IMG/VR virus record: IMGVR_UViG_3300023174_000033
Location: 186,001-250,000 of that record
DNA: 64,000 bases
Direction: 5' to 3' (one strand)
A program made the translations under genes and the position numbers. Shown here one piece after another: positions 1-12,149 of the stretch. The first letter of the stretch is position 1; every line of letters starts with the position of its first letter. Under the pieces are notes generated by a model, which saw nothing but the letters and a program-made list of their open reading frames with translations, had not been told where the DNA came from and ran no database searches.

Positions 1-3000
1 TTGATGCTTGACTATGATGTGGCATCAAAGGTTAATTTCTTCACTGATGAGGGCGAGTATCGTCTTCCACAAATTGGTACATTTTCTTCTCAAGCTGCTT
101 TTACATCTGTTGCTGGAACACAGTTATTTATAGGATCAATTGCTGGTCAAAGAAGTTGGGTGAATTATTCAATGGACTCAACAAAGACTTTTAGGTATTA
201 CAGTATAATGAATGATGCCAATGCGGTTAGATTTAATGGGACATTCTCATACAGAACCACATCAGATCCGGTTGCGATTCCTGGTAATAGGATTGGTAGG
301 ACACAAAGTTTTTTTGGACCATCTACCGCACAGTCCTTGGCCCCAAGTGTTTATTCTACAACTCAATCAAAATACTTTCATCCAGATGCTGCTCAAGGTA
401 ATACTTGGAGACCCGCAACTGGAGTTGCTTATATGAGTGGTTTTCCTGGTGGGGCCTCTGCTGAAGAAACATATATAATGTTTTACGATGAAATTGGTAT
501 TGTGGTTAGAAAGTTTACATCACTTCCCTCTTGTAATACCAACAACAGAACAGAAGTTGGTGATGTTATACAAATAAGTTCTAAAGTAATCGACACTACC
601 TTCGTTGTTAACAGGATGGAGTGGTTTTCTGGGAACTTTGCAAACGCGGGCGCTTTAACTCAATATTTTGGTAGACCCGCTAATTTTCCAACCGTTGGTG
701 GTAATCTAATTTTTGAATTTCAATATTTTTATAATAATCTAAACTCATCTATTACTGCTGAATTAACGAATAGTAGTGCTAATTTAACATATAGAAACTT
801 AAACAATTATAAAACAATAACAGAATTATCCTCTAATATATCAAAACACCCAATAGGAGAGGCGTATGGATTGAGTTTTTCTCCAATATCCACTAGTGAG
901 CCTTTCATTTTTGGCAAATTCAATGATAAGACGGCTTATTATAATTTACAGGCTCAAGTTGGTTTTGTAAATGCTGGTGTGAATAATGTCTCAAAGCCGA
1001 TGGCTTACAAAGATACTTTTCTTGATTTCGGTTTTTCCCCAACTTATAATTTAAGTGATTACCTTAACAAAATCAATCCAAGTGTGTTTACCGCGACCAA
1101 AAGATTTGGTGTGTTAGCCACATTTTCTGTAACCGGTAGAGGCACTACTAATTGGACAAGAGATAAAGTTCATTTCAGCACAGCTCCGCTTTCAACCCAA
1201 ACACAGAGTAACCTTCTTTGGTTTGGTGAATATTTAAGAAATAGTTGGGAATCTTTATTAGATCATACCTTCTTGGATATAGTAGCGGTTGGTAACACAT
1301 CAACTTTCACCCTTACACAGTATTTGGTAACCGAAAAATATGAACAAAAGGTTTCTTTTAGTGATGGGGTCGGTGGGTTTATATCTGGAACAGCATATGT
1401 TTTACAATTAAATAAACAATTACCTATTACTCAAGGTATAAATTTATATCATATTTCTACAAGAAATTCTTTAGCAAATATAAGTACGGACTTACAATTA
1501 CTTAATAATATTCACCGGTCAGAAGTTGACAAAGTTGTACAAACTGGTGTTTCCTTTAAGAATCTACAATCTCCAAGAATTGGAAAGTTCCCAACTGAAT
1601 CTTATATGAAAGCATTAGTTTCTGATTATGATATACAGGAAAACATAAGTGCTATTATGTATACCGATAGAAATTTTGACATAGCTTTGAATGTAGTTAA
1701 TGTTGAAAAAGAATTGGTATTCAATGCTGATAATATACAAAGTGCCGTAATATCCGGATTTTCTGGGGGAAAGATGAGATTGAAACCAAAGATAGATTCC
1801 GCGACACAGAGTTTCAGTAGGGGAGATTTGATAAAAGTGGAATTTGGTGAAGTTGATAAAGTTTCTAGATTTAGTGGATATCAAACTGTTATCGCTACCG
1901 ATAATCAATACATCTATACTTCTAAAGATTACGCCACAACAGATCCTGCTTTTTCTACCGCAACTATATCTGTAATTAAAAGAGATCCTTTCTTTAATTA
2001 TGAACCAATTGATTTATTCAAAGCGGGATTAGATTTGAAAGTTTCAAGATCAATTGAAATATTACCAGAAAATACAATACAAAATTTAGGAACATATAGT
2101 TTGGTCAATGTTGATTTAAACAGATATAAATTTGAATTCCTTGACGGCTTGTCACTTGAGAAAGTTTTCAATAATAATCATTGGTTATTAGAGGCAGAAG
2201 TGAGAAATGCAAAGGTTGGTCAAAATATTGGAACAAATGACATTATATGGTATTCTGGCACTTGGAAGTGTGGAAGATGGTTCGGAACAAAATGGATTTC
2301 TGGCAGATGGATGGGTGGTGATTGGTATGAGGGTGAGTGGAATTCATTGCCTGTCAGAAATAATAAAATATATGATGATAGTCTTACAGATGAACAAAAT
2401 CCAAAGTTCTCTAAATGGTATGGTGGAAGATGGTTTGATGGAACTTGGAATGGTGGTAGTTGGTATAGTGGTAGGCGTTATGCTGGAGATTGGAATTCTG
2501 GTATCTGGTATAATGGAATTTGGAATGATGGAAACTGGAACAATGGCAAATTCCTTGGTGGAATTTGGGTACAAGGAAAATGGAAGACTGGAATACTAAA
2601 TTGTGATTCAAAACCTTCTTATTGGTTATATGGAGAATTCCAAAGTGGGGATTTTGAAAATGGAATGTGGTATAATGGTTTGTTTGGAAATGACCAAGGA
2701 TCATTATCAAGATTTGGAACTAGATCGTCCAACACAAGACCTTCAGTTTGGCATAGTGGTAGATGGATAAATGGTGAGTTTCATTCTGGATTGAATGTTG
2801 ATCAAACTACAAATATACCCGATGTATCAAGAGTTCATAAATATTCAATTTGGAGAACTGGACTTTGGAATAAAGGAGATTGGTATGGTGGAATAGCTTA
2901 CAATATTGATTTTAGGGGAGGTGTTTGGCACGGTGGAATTTTAGAGGAAATACAAGTAGTTGGTGTCGATCAAATTGCTGATTTAACTAACCCATCATTT

Positions 3001-3414
3001 GTTCCGACTAATAGAATTTATCTTAATGGCACATTCCGATTCAATCCTGGTGATGAAATTTGGATAATTGATGATGATCGTGGTATGACTTTTTCGGTTT
3101 TGGGAAGCAATACAATTCCTAGGAATTATAGAATAAACAAAATTTCAGAGCATACAACTACCTCTGGTCAGTATACCGGTTTATACTTAAATTATCAATT
3201 AAAAAGTTTACCATTCTCTCTGACTGAAAGGGCAGATGAAAAAGCTTTCACACCGGAGTTTGGAAATCTCGGTGAAATGGGTGTTAGAGTTGTTAGTAGA
3301 TTCAAAGACAGCAATTGGAAGACGGGTATTTGGACAAATGGTATAATGGAGGGAGGATCCTTTGAAACTGGTATCTGGTATAATGGTATAATGAATGGAA
3401 AATGGGGTCAATAA
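1..3414 (+). CDS. Large virion structural protein, 5'-truncated by the window edge, with C-terminal Trp/Gly pentapeptide repeats (W-x-x-G-x)
   Basis: ORF is open from base 1. The C-terminal third is tandem WxxGx units (WYSGTWKCGRWFGTKWISGRWMGGDWYEGEW...). It lies in a structural gene cluster. Confidence 0.6.
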   Translation: MMLDYDVASKVNFFTDEGEYRLPQIGTFSSQAAFTSVAGTQLFIGSIAGQRSWVNYSMDSTKTFRYYSIMNDANAVRFNGTFSYRTTSDPVAIPGNRIGRTQSFFGPSTAQSLAPSVYSTTQSKYFHPDAAQGNTWRPATGVAYMSGFPGGASAEETYIMFYDEIGIVVRKFTSLPSCNTNNRTEVGDVIQISSKVIDTTFVVNRMEWFSGNFANAGALTQYFGRPANFPTVGGNLIFEFQYFYNNLNSSITAELTNSSANLTYRNLNNYKTITELSSNISKHPIGEAYGLSFSPISTSEPFIFGKFNDKTAYYNLQAQVGFVNAGVNNVSKPMAYKDTFLDFGFSPTYNLSDYLNKINPSVFTATKRFGVLATFSVTGRGTTNWTRDKVHFSTAPLSTQTQSNLLWFGEYLRNSWESLLDHTFLDIVAVGNTSTFTLTQYLVTEKYEQKVSFSDGVGGFISGTAYVLQLNKQLPITQGINLYHISTRNSLANISTDLQLLNNIHRSEVDKVVQTGVSFKNLQSPRIGKFPTESYMKALVSDYDIQENISAIMYTDRNFDIALNVVNVEKELVFNADNIQSAVISGFSGGKMRLKPKIDSATQSFSRGDLIKVEFGEVDKVSRFSGYQTVIATDNQYIYTSKDYATTDPAFSTATISVIKRDPFFNYEPIDLFKAGLDLKVSRSIEILPENTIQNLGTYSLVNVDLNRYKFEFLDGLSLEKVFNNNHWLLEAEVRNAKVGQNIGTNDIIWYSGTWKCGRWFGTKWISGRWMGGDWYEGEWNSLPVRNNKIYDDSLTDEQNPKFSKWYGGRWFDGTWNGGSWYSGRRYAGDWNSGIWYNGIWNDGNWNNGKFLGGIWVQGKWKTGILNCDSKPSYWLYGEFQSGDFENGMWYNGLFGNDQGSLSRFGTRSSNTRPSVWHSGRWINGEFHSGLNVDQTTNIPDVSRVHKYSIWRTGLWNKGDWYGGIAYNIDFRGGVWHGGILEEIQVVGVDQIADLTNPSFVPTNRIYLNGTFRFNPGDEIWIIDDDRGMTFSVLGSNTIPRNYRINKISEHTTTSGQYTGLYLNYQLKSLPFSLTERADEKAFTPEFGNLGEMGVRVVSRFKDSNWKTGIWTNGIMEGGSFETGIWYNGIMNGKWGQ

Positions 3415-3417
3415 TTT

Positions 3418-3425
3418 AATATATA
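3418..3425 (+). promoter_or_regulatory. Phage promoter octamer AATATATA (representative copy)
   Basis: Lies 4 nt before ATG 3430. The same octamer precedes at least 22 genes in the correct orientation (listed in findings). Confidence 0.65.
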
Positions 3426-3429
3426 AATT

Positions 3430-3792
3430 ATGCGTTTCCAAAAGTTCTATGAATTCATTGCAGAAAAGAATGAAAATGAGTCAAATTACTCTGATGTAAT
3501 ACAAGAGTTGGACTCAATGATTGAGAAGTCTCTTAAAACTTCTGATGAAAAAACCAGAGAAGATTTTATTTCTGCTTATTTAAGAGATTCTGAAAAAAAT
3601 CAGATTGAAGGTTTGATAAATGATTCCGATGTTTATGAATTTTATTTGAAATATCGTAATGAAATAGATCAGAGATTATCAGAACTGAAGTTTTACGAAG
3701 AGAAACCATCTGATATGGATTCTTTCAGTCTTTATGATTATTTAGTAAAGGGTACAAAGAGAGCTATTAAGGATTTTTTAGAATCAAAATAG
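3430..3792 (+). CDS. Hypothetical protein with capsid-targeting-like leader (probable internal head protein)
   Basis: N-terminus MRFQKFYEFIAE closely matches the T4 IPII/IPIII capsid targeting sequence MKTYQEFIAE. Confidence 0.6.
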   Translation: MRFQKFYEFIAEKNENESNYSDVIQELDSMIEKSLKTSDEKTREDFISAYLRDSEKNQIEGLINDSDVYEFYLKYRNEIDQRLSELKFYEEKPSDMDSFSLYDYLVKGTKRAIKDFLESK

Positions 3793-4236
3793 TGAAATAG
3801 AAATCTTTTTTATTTCTTCAAATAAATCCATGTGTAGATGGAAGTGATTTATCACTAGCAATCCAATTGAAACTGTCATCAAAATTAATTTTAGAAAGTT
3901 AAAAGATTTTAAAAAAAGTTTATTATTTGATAGATTTAATAAAAAGTTGAAAATTAACATTATAGCAATTGTGAGTAGTGAAAATTTCCAATTGCTAGTT
4001 ATTATTCCAAAAAAAACCCAAAAGAAGTCAGCTAGAATTACTGAATTATAATTCATTAAATCTTTATATTGTTCGCTTTGCATATCAGACTTTTCAGGTT
4101 GTTTTTTTGTAACTTTTGAAAAAGCTCGTGACCATGATTGCACTTTCAAAATACTATTGATTTTTGTAAGCAATCCTATATTTGCAAGAAATAATAGCAA
4201 ACCAGAAAAATAAAACAAATGGCTGAGGAACATCAT
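3784..4236 (-). CDS. Hypothetical membrane protein
   Basis: 150-aa ORF with about four hydrophobic segments. Confidence 0.55.
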   Translation of the reverse strand: MMFLSHLFYFSGLLLFLANIGLLTKINSILKVQSWSRAFSKVTKKQPEKSDMQSEQYKDLMNYNSVILADFFWVFFGIITSNWKFSLLTIAIMLIFNFLLNLSNNKLFLKSFNFLKLILMTVSIGLLVINHFHLHMDLFEEIKKISISLF

Positions 4237-4320
4237 AGACCTTTTATGTATTCATGAATATAAAGTTTTATAAGAAATCTTTGATTTTTAATATATAAAA
4301 AAACTTCCAAAAAATTACCT

Positions 4321-7026
4321 ATGACTCCGTTATATAAGGCACTAAAAACAAATGGCACGTCTTTTTACGCGTTTCCTGGAGCAGCAGAAGATATATCAGC
4401 TGCTTATCAGAATTCAAATTATAAAATGTATTTTTCAAAATACGCACTTTTGAATTTTCCGAAGCAGGATACTCCATCAGCAAATGATCCAGCTTATTTT
4501 GACTTTGTAAATACATCCAGTTACGCTCTGGGAGCAGCTACTGTAAAAAGAGGATTGGGATTTCAAATGCCTTCCGCATATGTACAACCAACAACTTTCA
4601 AAGATCAACTGATTGAATCTTTAAGAAACTATGTGGCGAATCATGAAGTTTCTATGAAGGAGGCTAGATTGAATTCAACTGAATATTATTATGATAATAC
4701 TATTACAAGTACCCCAACTGAAAAAATATTTTGGAAGTGGTGTAGGAAATTAGGTTTGTTGAGTTTAGAGCCAGCAAACGACGGTGATGAATTTTTCGGC
4801 AATCTTGTTGAATTTAATGCCAATAATACATCAAATGATTATTTCCCTGAAATACTTTGGAGAGAAAGAGAAACAGTAGATTATTCAATTTTTCAATATA
4901 GTAGGAATGCAACTACAGGAACACTTGTAATCCAACTACAATCTGACGAATATGCTTATTTTCAAGTTGGTGATGTAATTGAGATTTCTGGAACTACCCC
5001 ACCGACTGGAATTACGATTCCTCGTAGAATGATCATAACTGCTATAACACCGAGAACGGCATCAGTTGGTATGATTATAACTACTAACCTTACCTACGGA
5101 GGAGCCACTGTTCTGACTAATAATGATACCACATTCGTAACTTTGGTTTACCACAGATTGGTTCAATACATTGGTGAGGTAAATGGTATAAATAACGTTC
5201 AACAATCAAACAGAGCCTATACAGAGGTTTATGCTCACATACCGGATTCAACTGGTAAAACTCCTGATATTTTATTTAGGATTAAGGATGATAAGAATTA
5301 TAAACCTTTGATGACTTTTCCAATCTTGCCTAGTCAAAATCAGCCAGAAATTGTCGGAGCGGAGTCATTTACAAATCCACTTGTTAGTAATCCGAACAGT
5401 TACCCTGGTGGTTATTATGGTCATTTTGATACTGCTGATTTTACTTACACAACCGCTGATGGCGATTCTACAAGGAGGTCCGGTGATTATTATGGTATAA
5501 GTGGAACAAGAGATATACCAAAGTCTGACTCAAGACTTATTGATGGGATGAGTTTGGATTTTGATCCTACACACTATGTGAAAATGAATATTGCTGGTCA
5601 AACAATCACTAATTTTGACCAATTCAATGCCATGATGATAAATGGTGAACCACCTGCTGATTTTGAATTCAATGCAATTTTGTGGTACTATACAATTGAG
5701 GACACTCTTGGAAATAAGACAAACAACCTTTATGGTATTTCATTTGTGGATAATCCAGATAATAACCCAATTCCAATTGAAACTGGAAAACGTATCGGAG
5801 CATTTAGAAAGTTAGCTGCTAATGACGTTCAAGATGGTGTTTCTTATGCCTTCTCCTTGAATTTAAATTTTAACATAATAAATGAAAATCCACAAGATAC
5901 TTACAATCCAGAAGCTATAAATTCACTTTTTAGCTTTAATCTATTCAACGATGCTATGCGTAGGATGGGTGAATTAGATGATGCTTTCATGAGAATTTTG
6001 AGTAGTCAGACCAAGTTACAATCTGATATAGGAAATATGAAACAACTTCTATACACACAGAATGATTTTCAAACAATAAATGCTAGAATAAATAATTTGG
6101 ACACATTACTAAAATTATACTCCACAAATCAAATTGATAGTACAGATAGTATTTTTGTTAGTAGAGACGATAGTCAAAGACCTCCAAGAATAAATTTAAC
6201 TAATGTTGATGCTAATTATGGTGTAGTTTATAACTTCAATACAACTGCATTGTATGGTGTGAATGGGATTATACCAGGTTATGTTTCTGTCCCTAAAAAT
6301 AAAAACTTTTTGATAAATGTTAAAAATGATGATGTTAATGATTTTGCTTTACCAAGCGACCAAAGGTTAACTTTAATACTAGACAAAGATTTGTCATATA
6401 GACAAACTGTGGATATTGTTGTAGATGGTTCTGCTAATTCAACTCAAAACAAACAATTAGACATTTTCATAAATTTCAAATTTGGAGACTCTCAAAACCC
6501 AGTTGAATCACAATTGGTTGAGACTATTAATTTACCGGTTTATTATAATAATAATTTGGGTTCGTTGAATACGGCAGCTACTCGCGAGAGATTTGCTTTT
6601 GATATAGACACCTATGAAAACATAAGACTAACGATTGGGGGATTATTGGAAGTGAAATTACAAGCAACAAGTAGTTTAGTTTATAATGCAATCAATAAAG
6701 GTGATGAAATTATCCTTGACGATTTTATAATTGGAACATCTTCAAGGTTGAATTTCTCTGGTCAGTATAAAGTTAATAGTGTTGGTAGCACTAATTCTTT
6801 AGTATCATTGGATGTTAATAATAATGATTCACTAATTAATTTTGGCAATCAATCAGGAATTACATTGCCTTATACATTTAATGATCCGAATAAATATTTA
6901 ATTTCAAGTGTGCCCTTCTTCAAATTAAATAAGGGGGTTAAATACAGAATTACCAGGATATCACCAAGTGATACTACTCAATTGGTTGATAGGTATTTTG
7001 TTGAGAAATATGATTTGGGTAATTAA
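4321..7026 (+). CDS. Large virion structural protein (baseplate/tail-associated, putative)
   Basis: 901 aa, beta-rich N/T/S composition, AATATATA at 4290..4297, located between structural genes. No enzyme motif recognised. Confidence 0.5.
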   Translation: MTPLYKALKTNGTSFYAFPGAAEDISAAYQNSNYKMYFSKYALLNFPKQDTPSANDPAYFDFVNTSSYALGAATVKRGLGFQMPSAYVQPTTFKDQLIESLRNYVANHEVSMKEARLNSTEYYYDNTITSTPTEKIFWKWCRKLGLLSLEPANDGDEFFGNLVEFNANNTSNDYFPEILWRERETVDYSIFQYSRNATTGTLVIQLQSDEYAYFQVGDVIEISGTTPPTGITIPRRMIITAITPRTASVGMIITTNLTYGGATVLTNNDTTFVTLVYHRLVQYIGEVNGINNVQQSNRAYTEVYAHIPDSTGKTPDILFRIKDDKNYKPLMTFPILPSQNQPEIVGAESFTNPLVSNPNSYPGGYYGHFDTADFTYTTADGDSTRRSGDYYGISGTRDIPKSDSRLIDGMSLDFDPTHYVKMNIAGQTITNFDQFNAMMINGEPPADFEFNAILWYYTIEDTLGNKTNNLYGISFVDNPDNNPIPIETGKRIGAFRKLAANDVQDGVSYAFSLNLNFNIINENPQDTYNPEAINSLFSFNLFNDAMRRMGELDDAFMRILSSQTKLQSDIGNMKQLLYTQNDFQTINARINNLDTLLKLYSTNQIDSTDSIFVSRDDSQRPPRINLTNVDANYGVVYNFNTTALYGVNGIIPGYVSVPKNKNFLINVKNDDVNDFALPSDQRLTLILDKDLSYRQTVDIVVDGSANSTQNKQLDIFINFKFGDSQNPVESQLVETINLPVYYNNNLGSLNTAATRERFAFDIDTYENIRLTIGGLLEVKLQATSSLVYNAINKGDEIILDDFIIGTSSRLNFSGQYKVNSVGSTNSLVSLDVNNNDSLINFGNQSGITLPYTFNDPNKYLISSVPFFKLNKGVKYRITRISPSDTTQLVDRYFVEKYDLGN

Positions 7027-7096
7027 TTGATTCTTTTTTCAATTGATAGATTTTTATATACGTTTTCTTAATATATAAGAAAATAAAATTTTCAAA

Positions 7097-8239
7097 ATGG
7101 GTTGCCCAATTGGACAGAATTCATTATTTTACACCACTACGGATAATTATATAAAATTTCAAAATAGTGATTTAATCGCCATTGAGGGAGTAAATACTGT
7201 TGAAAGACAGATGTTGAGTGGTTTAAAATTCCCATATAAGCAACTTCTCAAGGGAAGAATTGTTTTGAAGGCGGGTCAAGTTAATTACTTACTCAATCAC
7301 CTTGGTATGGGCGATAACGCAACATTTATTTCAATTACTGCTAAATATGATGCTAAATCAAAAGTTGAGGAAGATAATTATGTGAACTGGAGTTTCTATG
7401 ATGATTTAACTAAAGTTTATGCATTTGCTCAATATATGTGTTTGACTGGTAATTCTACCAATAGGGTCAAACAACTTTATTTAACAAATCCCAATCAAAA
7501 TTATCCAGTCATACTTGATGTGATGGTTGCTAATTTAGATGATGCCTATAATTACTTCGGTGATACAATTAATCAATCTGGCACAACATTTACTAATCTT
7601 GTATACACTGATATCAAGAAACACGTAATTGGTGAATCGTTTAAGATTGTGGATGTGAATGGAAAGGCTCTAATTTATATAATTATATCAAATATAGAAT
7701 CAATCCAAATTTCCGATAAAATTTTGACAATAGATGATTCAGCTTTGGGTACAATATTTTTAGCTTTTAAAACGGTAAATGATGCTAAACAAGCTAATTC
7801 AATATTAAATTACCTTTTGGAAAATCCAGATGCTGACATTGATAATTTACCGGAAGATGATGTTAATCCAGTTTTATATTGGTATAGCAATGTTGGCAAT
7901 ACTTCTTCTTATGGTTATGTAACTTTTGATGGAGCAACTGCTGGGCCATATTCAAGTACATATGGAACTACATTTTCAGCAACTATGTCATTAGACATTC
8001 ATGGTACAAATTCAGTGATTACTAAAAATAATTTAATTGAATTATTAATTAGTAATATTTATGATACTAGAGATGGTACTATGTCTCTAACCGGATCCTC
8101 AATAAACCTCACCGGTACATACGGAACTGTGGTTGAACAGATAAATGGAGTTGGTAGTTACTCAATGACCTTTAATCTGATGGATATAGCTGGTAATGGG
8201 CTTGATGGAGTAATTTTAAATTTAACAATAACACCCTAA
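7097..8239 (+). CDS. Putative virion structural protein
   Basis: 380 aa, beta-rich, Ig-like end (DIAGN). AATATATA at 7070..7077. First gene of the fibre operon. Confidence 0.5.
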   Translation: MGCPIGQNSLFYTTTDNYIKFQNSDLIAIEGVNTVERQMLSGLKFPYKQLLKGRIVLKAGQVNYLLNHLGMGDNATFISITAKYDAKSKVEEDNYVNWSFYDDLTKVYAFAQYMCLTGNSTNRVKQLYLTNPNQNYPVILDVMVANLDDAYNYFGDTINQSGTTFTNLVYTDIKKHVIGESFKIVDVNGKALIYIIISNIESIQISDKILTIDDSALGTIFLAFKTVNDAKQANSILNYLLENPDADIDNLPEDDVNPVLYWYSNVGNTSSYGYVTFDGATAGPYSSTYGTTFSATMSLDIHGTNSVITKNNLIELLISNIYDTRDGTMSLTGSSINLTGTYGTVVEQINGVGSYSMTFNLMDIAGNGLDGVILNLTITP

Positions 8240-8255
8240 TAAATAATTTTTGAAA

Positions 8256-11200
8256 ATGGCATTTAGTTACGATAAGTTTTTAAGACCAATAAGTATAGGA
8301 GATAAAAATCTATTCATTTATAATGATGATGGTGTTTTAGTTTATACTATAAATCCATATTCAGTAGTTAACACATTTACAAATAATAATTTACTAAAAA
8401 TTAGTTTGAAAAGTCAGAGGGTGATTACTTTGGATTTTTCAAATGCTGTACTTGCTAAAATAGCTTTAACTGAATTACAATCCCAAATTGATCATTTGAA
8501 GGCTAATAATCCTTTGGAAAAATTAGCAGGTCCAACTGGGGTACAAGGTTATAGTGGTCCACAAGGTCCACTTGGACCAGAGGGTGGGACCGGCCCTCCT
8601 ACAAGAAACGACGAATTCCTTAACGTAACATATTCAATAATCACCCATAGTACGGGTAAGTACCCAATAGTACAGGTTCTAGATGAACAAGGATTGATGA
8701 CCATATCTTATAATGTGAGGCATATATCCACACACTCGTTCATGGTTGAGTTTACCGAACCAACTTCTGGTACAATTATTACCGGTGGTGCTTTTGGCCC
8801 ACAAGGTGCTACAAGTTACGGTGACACTGGTCCACAAGGCCATACAGGACCACAAGGTGTTCAAGGTGGATACGGAGCTCCAGCATTGAAGACCACACTT
8901 GATGATGGGATTGGTGGCGCGACAAATTCAATAACAGTCAATCATAATTATGGTTCATATCCAATTATTCAAGCAATTTATGATGATGGTTCAAATATCT
9001 ACAGTATTCAACAAAGTTCTTATTCAATAACATATGTTGACCCAAATTCATACACGATAACTTTTGATTCTGATTATACGGGATTTGTTTTGAGTGGTGG
9101 TGGGTTAACTGGTCCACAAGGTGAATATGGATTCCAAGGTGATACTGGCCCTCAAGGTGACACAGGTCCACAAGGTGAGATTGGTCCCCAAGGTAATACT
9201 GGATTTCAGGGGGCCACTGGATTTCAAGGGGACACTGGTCCACAAGGTTTTCAAGGTTATGCTGGTACAACTGGTTTGCAGGGACCAGGTGCTCCTGGAG
9301 CATTGAATACAAAAATAATATCTTATCAGAATGGAGCAACGAATTCATTGTTGATAAATCACCAATTTGGAGCCTATCCTATAATTCAAGCAATTGATAA
9401 TTCTGGTAGAATAATAAATCCTGGTTCTTATTCAATACTTCATATAAACCAAAATTCTTATAGAATAACTTTTAATGATAATTATAGAGGTTGGGTTATA
9501 AGTGGGGGTGGACTTACTGGTCCACAGGGCCCAACTGTTGATAACGATAATCCATTATTTTTCGTACCTGGTTTCACAGCTATGTCATTTAATAGTGTCA
9601 ATACAAGTGGTACAATTTCTATATGGGGGGATATAATTCCAGCAACCGACTATACAGAGAGGGGTTACAATCTCGGTTCTCCAACAAATAGATGGGAAAA
9701 TGTCTATGTTAGAGATGCTATTGTATCATCACAATCTATTTATTTAGGGAATATTAAATTGAGTATGGGTAGCAATGTAAGTACTGGACAACCCTCGCTC
9801 GTAATTAACGATATTTTGAATGATAATTCAATAGAATTAGCACCAAATACATCAAACACCTTCTTGATTGGCTCAGCCACAATGGCTATGGAGGGTAACT
9901 TTATACCGGTAACCAGCTCTACATACGATCTTGGTACTAATGATAATCACTGGAACCATCTTTACACAAAAGATGTTGTCTTGTTAAAAGATGGTAAGTT
10001 ATTCTTTGAGTTTGACGAATCTCTATATGTTGCAGATGGTGTGTTATATGTGAACGATGTACCCTTTTCTGGGGGTGGTAGTGGATCTGGTACAATCGGC
10101 CCACAAGGTAGAACTGGTCCACAAGGTAGAACTGGCCCACAGGGTAGTACTGGACCACAAGGTAGAACTGGCCCACAGGGTAGTACTGGACCACAGGGAA
10201 TTTCTTATGAAATTGGAGAACCAATTTATTTCACTGGTGGTTCAACTGCTTTATCTTTCGATTCATCTACAATATCTTCTTGGTCAAATTTTGTTCCCGC
10301 AATTCCAAATTTGAATTTGGGATCGACAAGTTCGAGATGGTCAACATTATTCGCTGATAATATTTTTGCTAATGGTGATATCTATCTACCAGAGGGAAGT
10401 AATCTTTACATAGGTGGTCTTAAATTCTCCACTAGACTTACTGGCACTTCTGATGATTTGTTGACCGTACTAGACGCCGGGTATTATCTTGAATTAACAA
10501 CTCAAAAATATCTCTCATTTGAGAGGGGCACATCTGTAATTGTTAGTAATGGATTAGAAGATTTCTATGTTGATGATGATTATTACGAAGACACCAGTGG
10601 TGCTGTAATGTTAGCGATTGTAGATTCATACGACATAGAAACAGGAATATTGGGTTTGATCGTTGAGAGGCCAATTGGTCTCGGAAAAACTGCTAGTTCT
10701 TGGACAATAAACATTTCGGGCAGACAGGGAGTTTCTACAGGAACTGCTAGTGGTGGTGGTGGTGGTACACCAACTTTGAATATTGCTTTTTCCGCAGTTG
10801 GAAGTTATAGTGTATCACACAATAGTGGCTCTTATCCATTGATTCAGATTCTAGATAACACTGGTAATTTCTTCATACCTCATTCTATCCTGCACACTTC
10901 AACATCATCATTTGATGTATTTTTTGCGACGAGTTCTACTGGCACTATATTAGTTGGTGGTGGCAATGGGTCAATGGGGGACACTGGTCCACAGGGGGTA
11001 CAGGGATATCAAGGAGAAAATGGCCCACAAGGATTACCGGGCGAGACTGGTCCACAGGGACCAGAAGGTCCTTTTGGTGGTATGACTGCGACTGCTTCAT
11101 TTACTGAACTTACAGTCACTGGTACAACAATTTTACAACAAGTAGTTGAGAAGTTGAACACGTCTACACAATCATCAAATATTGTTTATGACTTTAACCT

Positions 11201-12128
11201 GGGTAGTATATGGTATCATAATGATTTAGCAAGTGACTATAATGCTGACTTTATAAATGTCCCAACTTATAGTAATACAGCTATTTCTACAAATATAATA
11301 ATTGAACAATCCGGAACAGGATATTTACCAACAACACTATCAATAAATGGCGCAACACAAAATATTACATGGATTGGTGGTACACCATCGATGGGGACTC
11401 CAAATGTGACTGAAATTGTTGGTTTTTCATTCATAAACTATGATGGAACTTTTGTTGATATTTTAGGACAAGTATCTAATGGTCTAGTAGCTGGTGGTGG
11501 ATCTCCTGGTCCACAAGGAAATCAAGGTCCTAAAGGTAGTACTGGTAACCAAGGTAATACTGGTCCACAAGGTGTTCAAGGAGGTGCTGGGGGTGCTACT
11601 GGTAACCAAGGTAATACTGGTCCACAAGGTTTCCAAGGTAATCAAGGAGTTCAAGGTGTGACTGGCCCACAAGGTTTTCAAGGTCTGCAAGGTCCACAAG
11701 GTAATCAAGGAGTTCAAGGTGTGACTGGCCCACAAGGGTTTCAAGGTATGCAGGGTCCTTCGATATCACCCATTGTGGGAAGTTGGAGCTTATCCGCAGG
11801 TGGAAATACTGTTAGCTTTACAGTTACTGCGGGTCAATCATATGTTATGTGGGTAAATGGAAATATCCCAAATGGTATTGTTAATTGGAATGCGACAGTT
11901 ACACTATCAAACACAAACGTACCCGCGATAGGTGCACAGTATGGGTGGTATTATATTGCAGGAAATGCTTTGGTTTTAACATCAATACCAAGTCAGATAG
12001 TTGGAAGTCCGGGAAGTATCAGTACCGCATCACCACCGATTACAAATTCAAATACCTTTACGTTTGGTATAAATAATAACAGTGGTTCATCTAAAGTAAT
12101 ATATTACGGATACACTCAAGTGAGTTAA
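8256..12128 (+). CDS. Collagen-like (Gly-X-Y) tail fibre protein
   Basis: Several GPQG/GxTG triple-helix tracts, four copies of an H-x-x-G-x-YP-x-(I/V)Q domain and three P...(Y)xLG(S/T)...W fibre motifs. ATG 8256 is preferred over TTG 8250. Confidence 0.8.
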   Translation: MAFSYDKFLRPISIGDKNLFIYNDDGVLVYTINPYSVVNTFTNNNLLKISLKSQRVITLDFSNAVLAKIALTELQSQIDHLKANNPLEKLAGPTGVQGYSGPQGPLGPEGGTGPPTRNDEFLNVTYSIITHSTGKYPIVQVLDEQGLMTISYNVRHISTHSFMVEFTEPTSGTIITGGAFGPQGATSYGDTGPQGHTGPQGVQGGYGAPALKTTLDDGIGGATNSITVNHNYGSYPIIQAIYDDGSNIYSIQQSSYSITYVDPNSYTITFDSDYTGFVLSGGGLTGPQGEYGFQGDTGPQGDTGPQGEIGPQGNTGFQGATGFQGDTGPQGFQGYAGTTGLQGPGAPGALNTKIISYQNGATNSLLINHQFGAYPIIQAIDNSGRIINPGSYSILHINQNSYRITFNDNYRGWVISGGGLTGPQGPTVDNDNPLFFVPGFTAMSFNSVNTSGTISIWGDIIPATDYTERGYNLGSPTNRWENVYVRDAIVSSQSIYLGNIKLSMGSNVSTGQPSLVINDILNDNSIELAPNTSNTFLIGSATMAMEGNFIPVTSSTYDLGTNDNHWNHLYTKDVVLLKDGKLFFEFDESLYVADGVLYVNDVPFSGGGSGSGTIGPQGRTGPQGRTGPQGSTGPQGRTGPQGSTGPQGISYEIGEPIYFTGGSTALSFDSSTISSWSNFVPAIPNLNLGSTSSRWSTLFADNIFANGDIYLPEGSNLYIGGLKFSTRLTGTSDDLLTVLDAGYYLELTTQKYLSFERGTSVIVSNGLEDFYVDDDYYEDTSGAVMLAIVDSYDIETGILGLIVERPIGLGKTASSWTINISGRQGVSTGTASGGGGGTPTLNIAFSAVGSYSVSHNSGSYPLIQILDNTGNFFIPHSILHTSTSSFDVFFATSSTGTILVGGGNGSMGDTGPQGVQGYQGENGPQGLPGETGPQGPEGPFGGMTATASFTELTVTGTTILQQVVEKLNTSTQSSNIVYDFNLGSIWYHNDLASDYNADFINVPTYSNTAISTNIIIEQSGTGYLPTTLSINGATQNITWIGGTPSMGTPNVTEIVGFSFINYDGTFVDILGQVSNGLVAGGGSPGPQGNQGPKGSTGNQGNTGPQGVQGGAGGATGNQGNTGPQGFQGNQGVQGVTGPQGFQGLQGPQGNQGVQGVTGPQGFQGMQGPSISPIVGSWSLSAGGNTVSFTVTAGQSYVMWVNGNIPNGIVNWNATVTLSNTNVPAIGAQYGWYYIAGNALVLTSIPSQIVGSPGSISTASPPITNSNTFTFGINNNSGSSKVIYYGYTQVS
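10098..10199 (+). repeat. 18-bp tandem repeat encoding GPQG(R/S)T
   Basis: Five-plus copies of ggNccacaRggtagWact inside the collagen gene. Confidence 0.8.
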
Positions 12129-12149
12129 AATAAAAATACGGAATATTTA

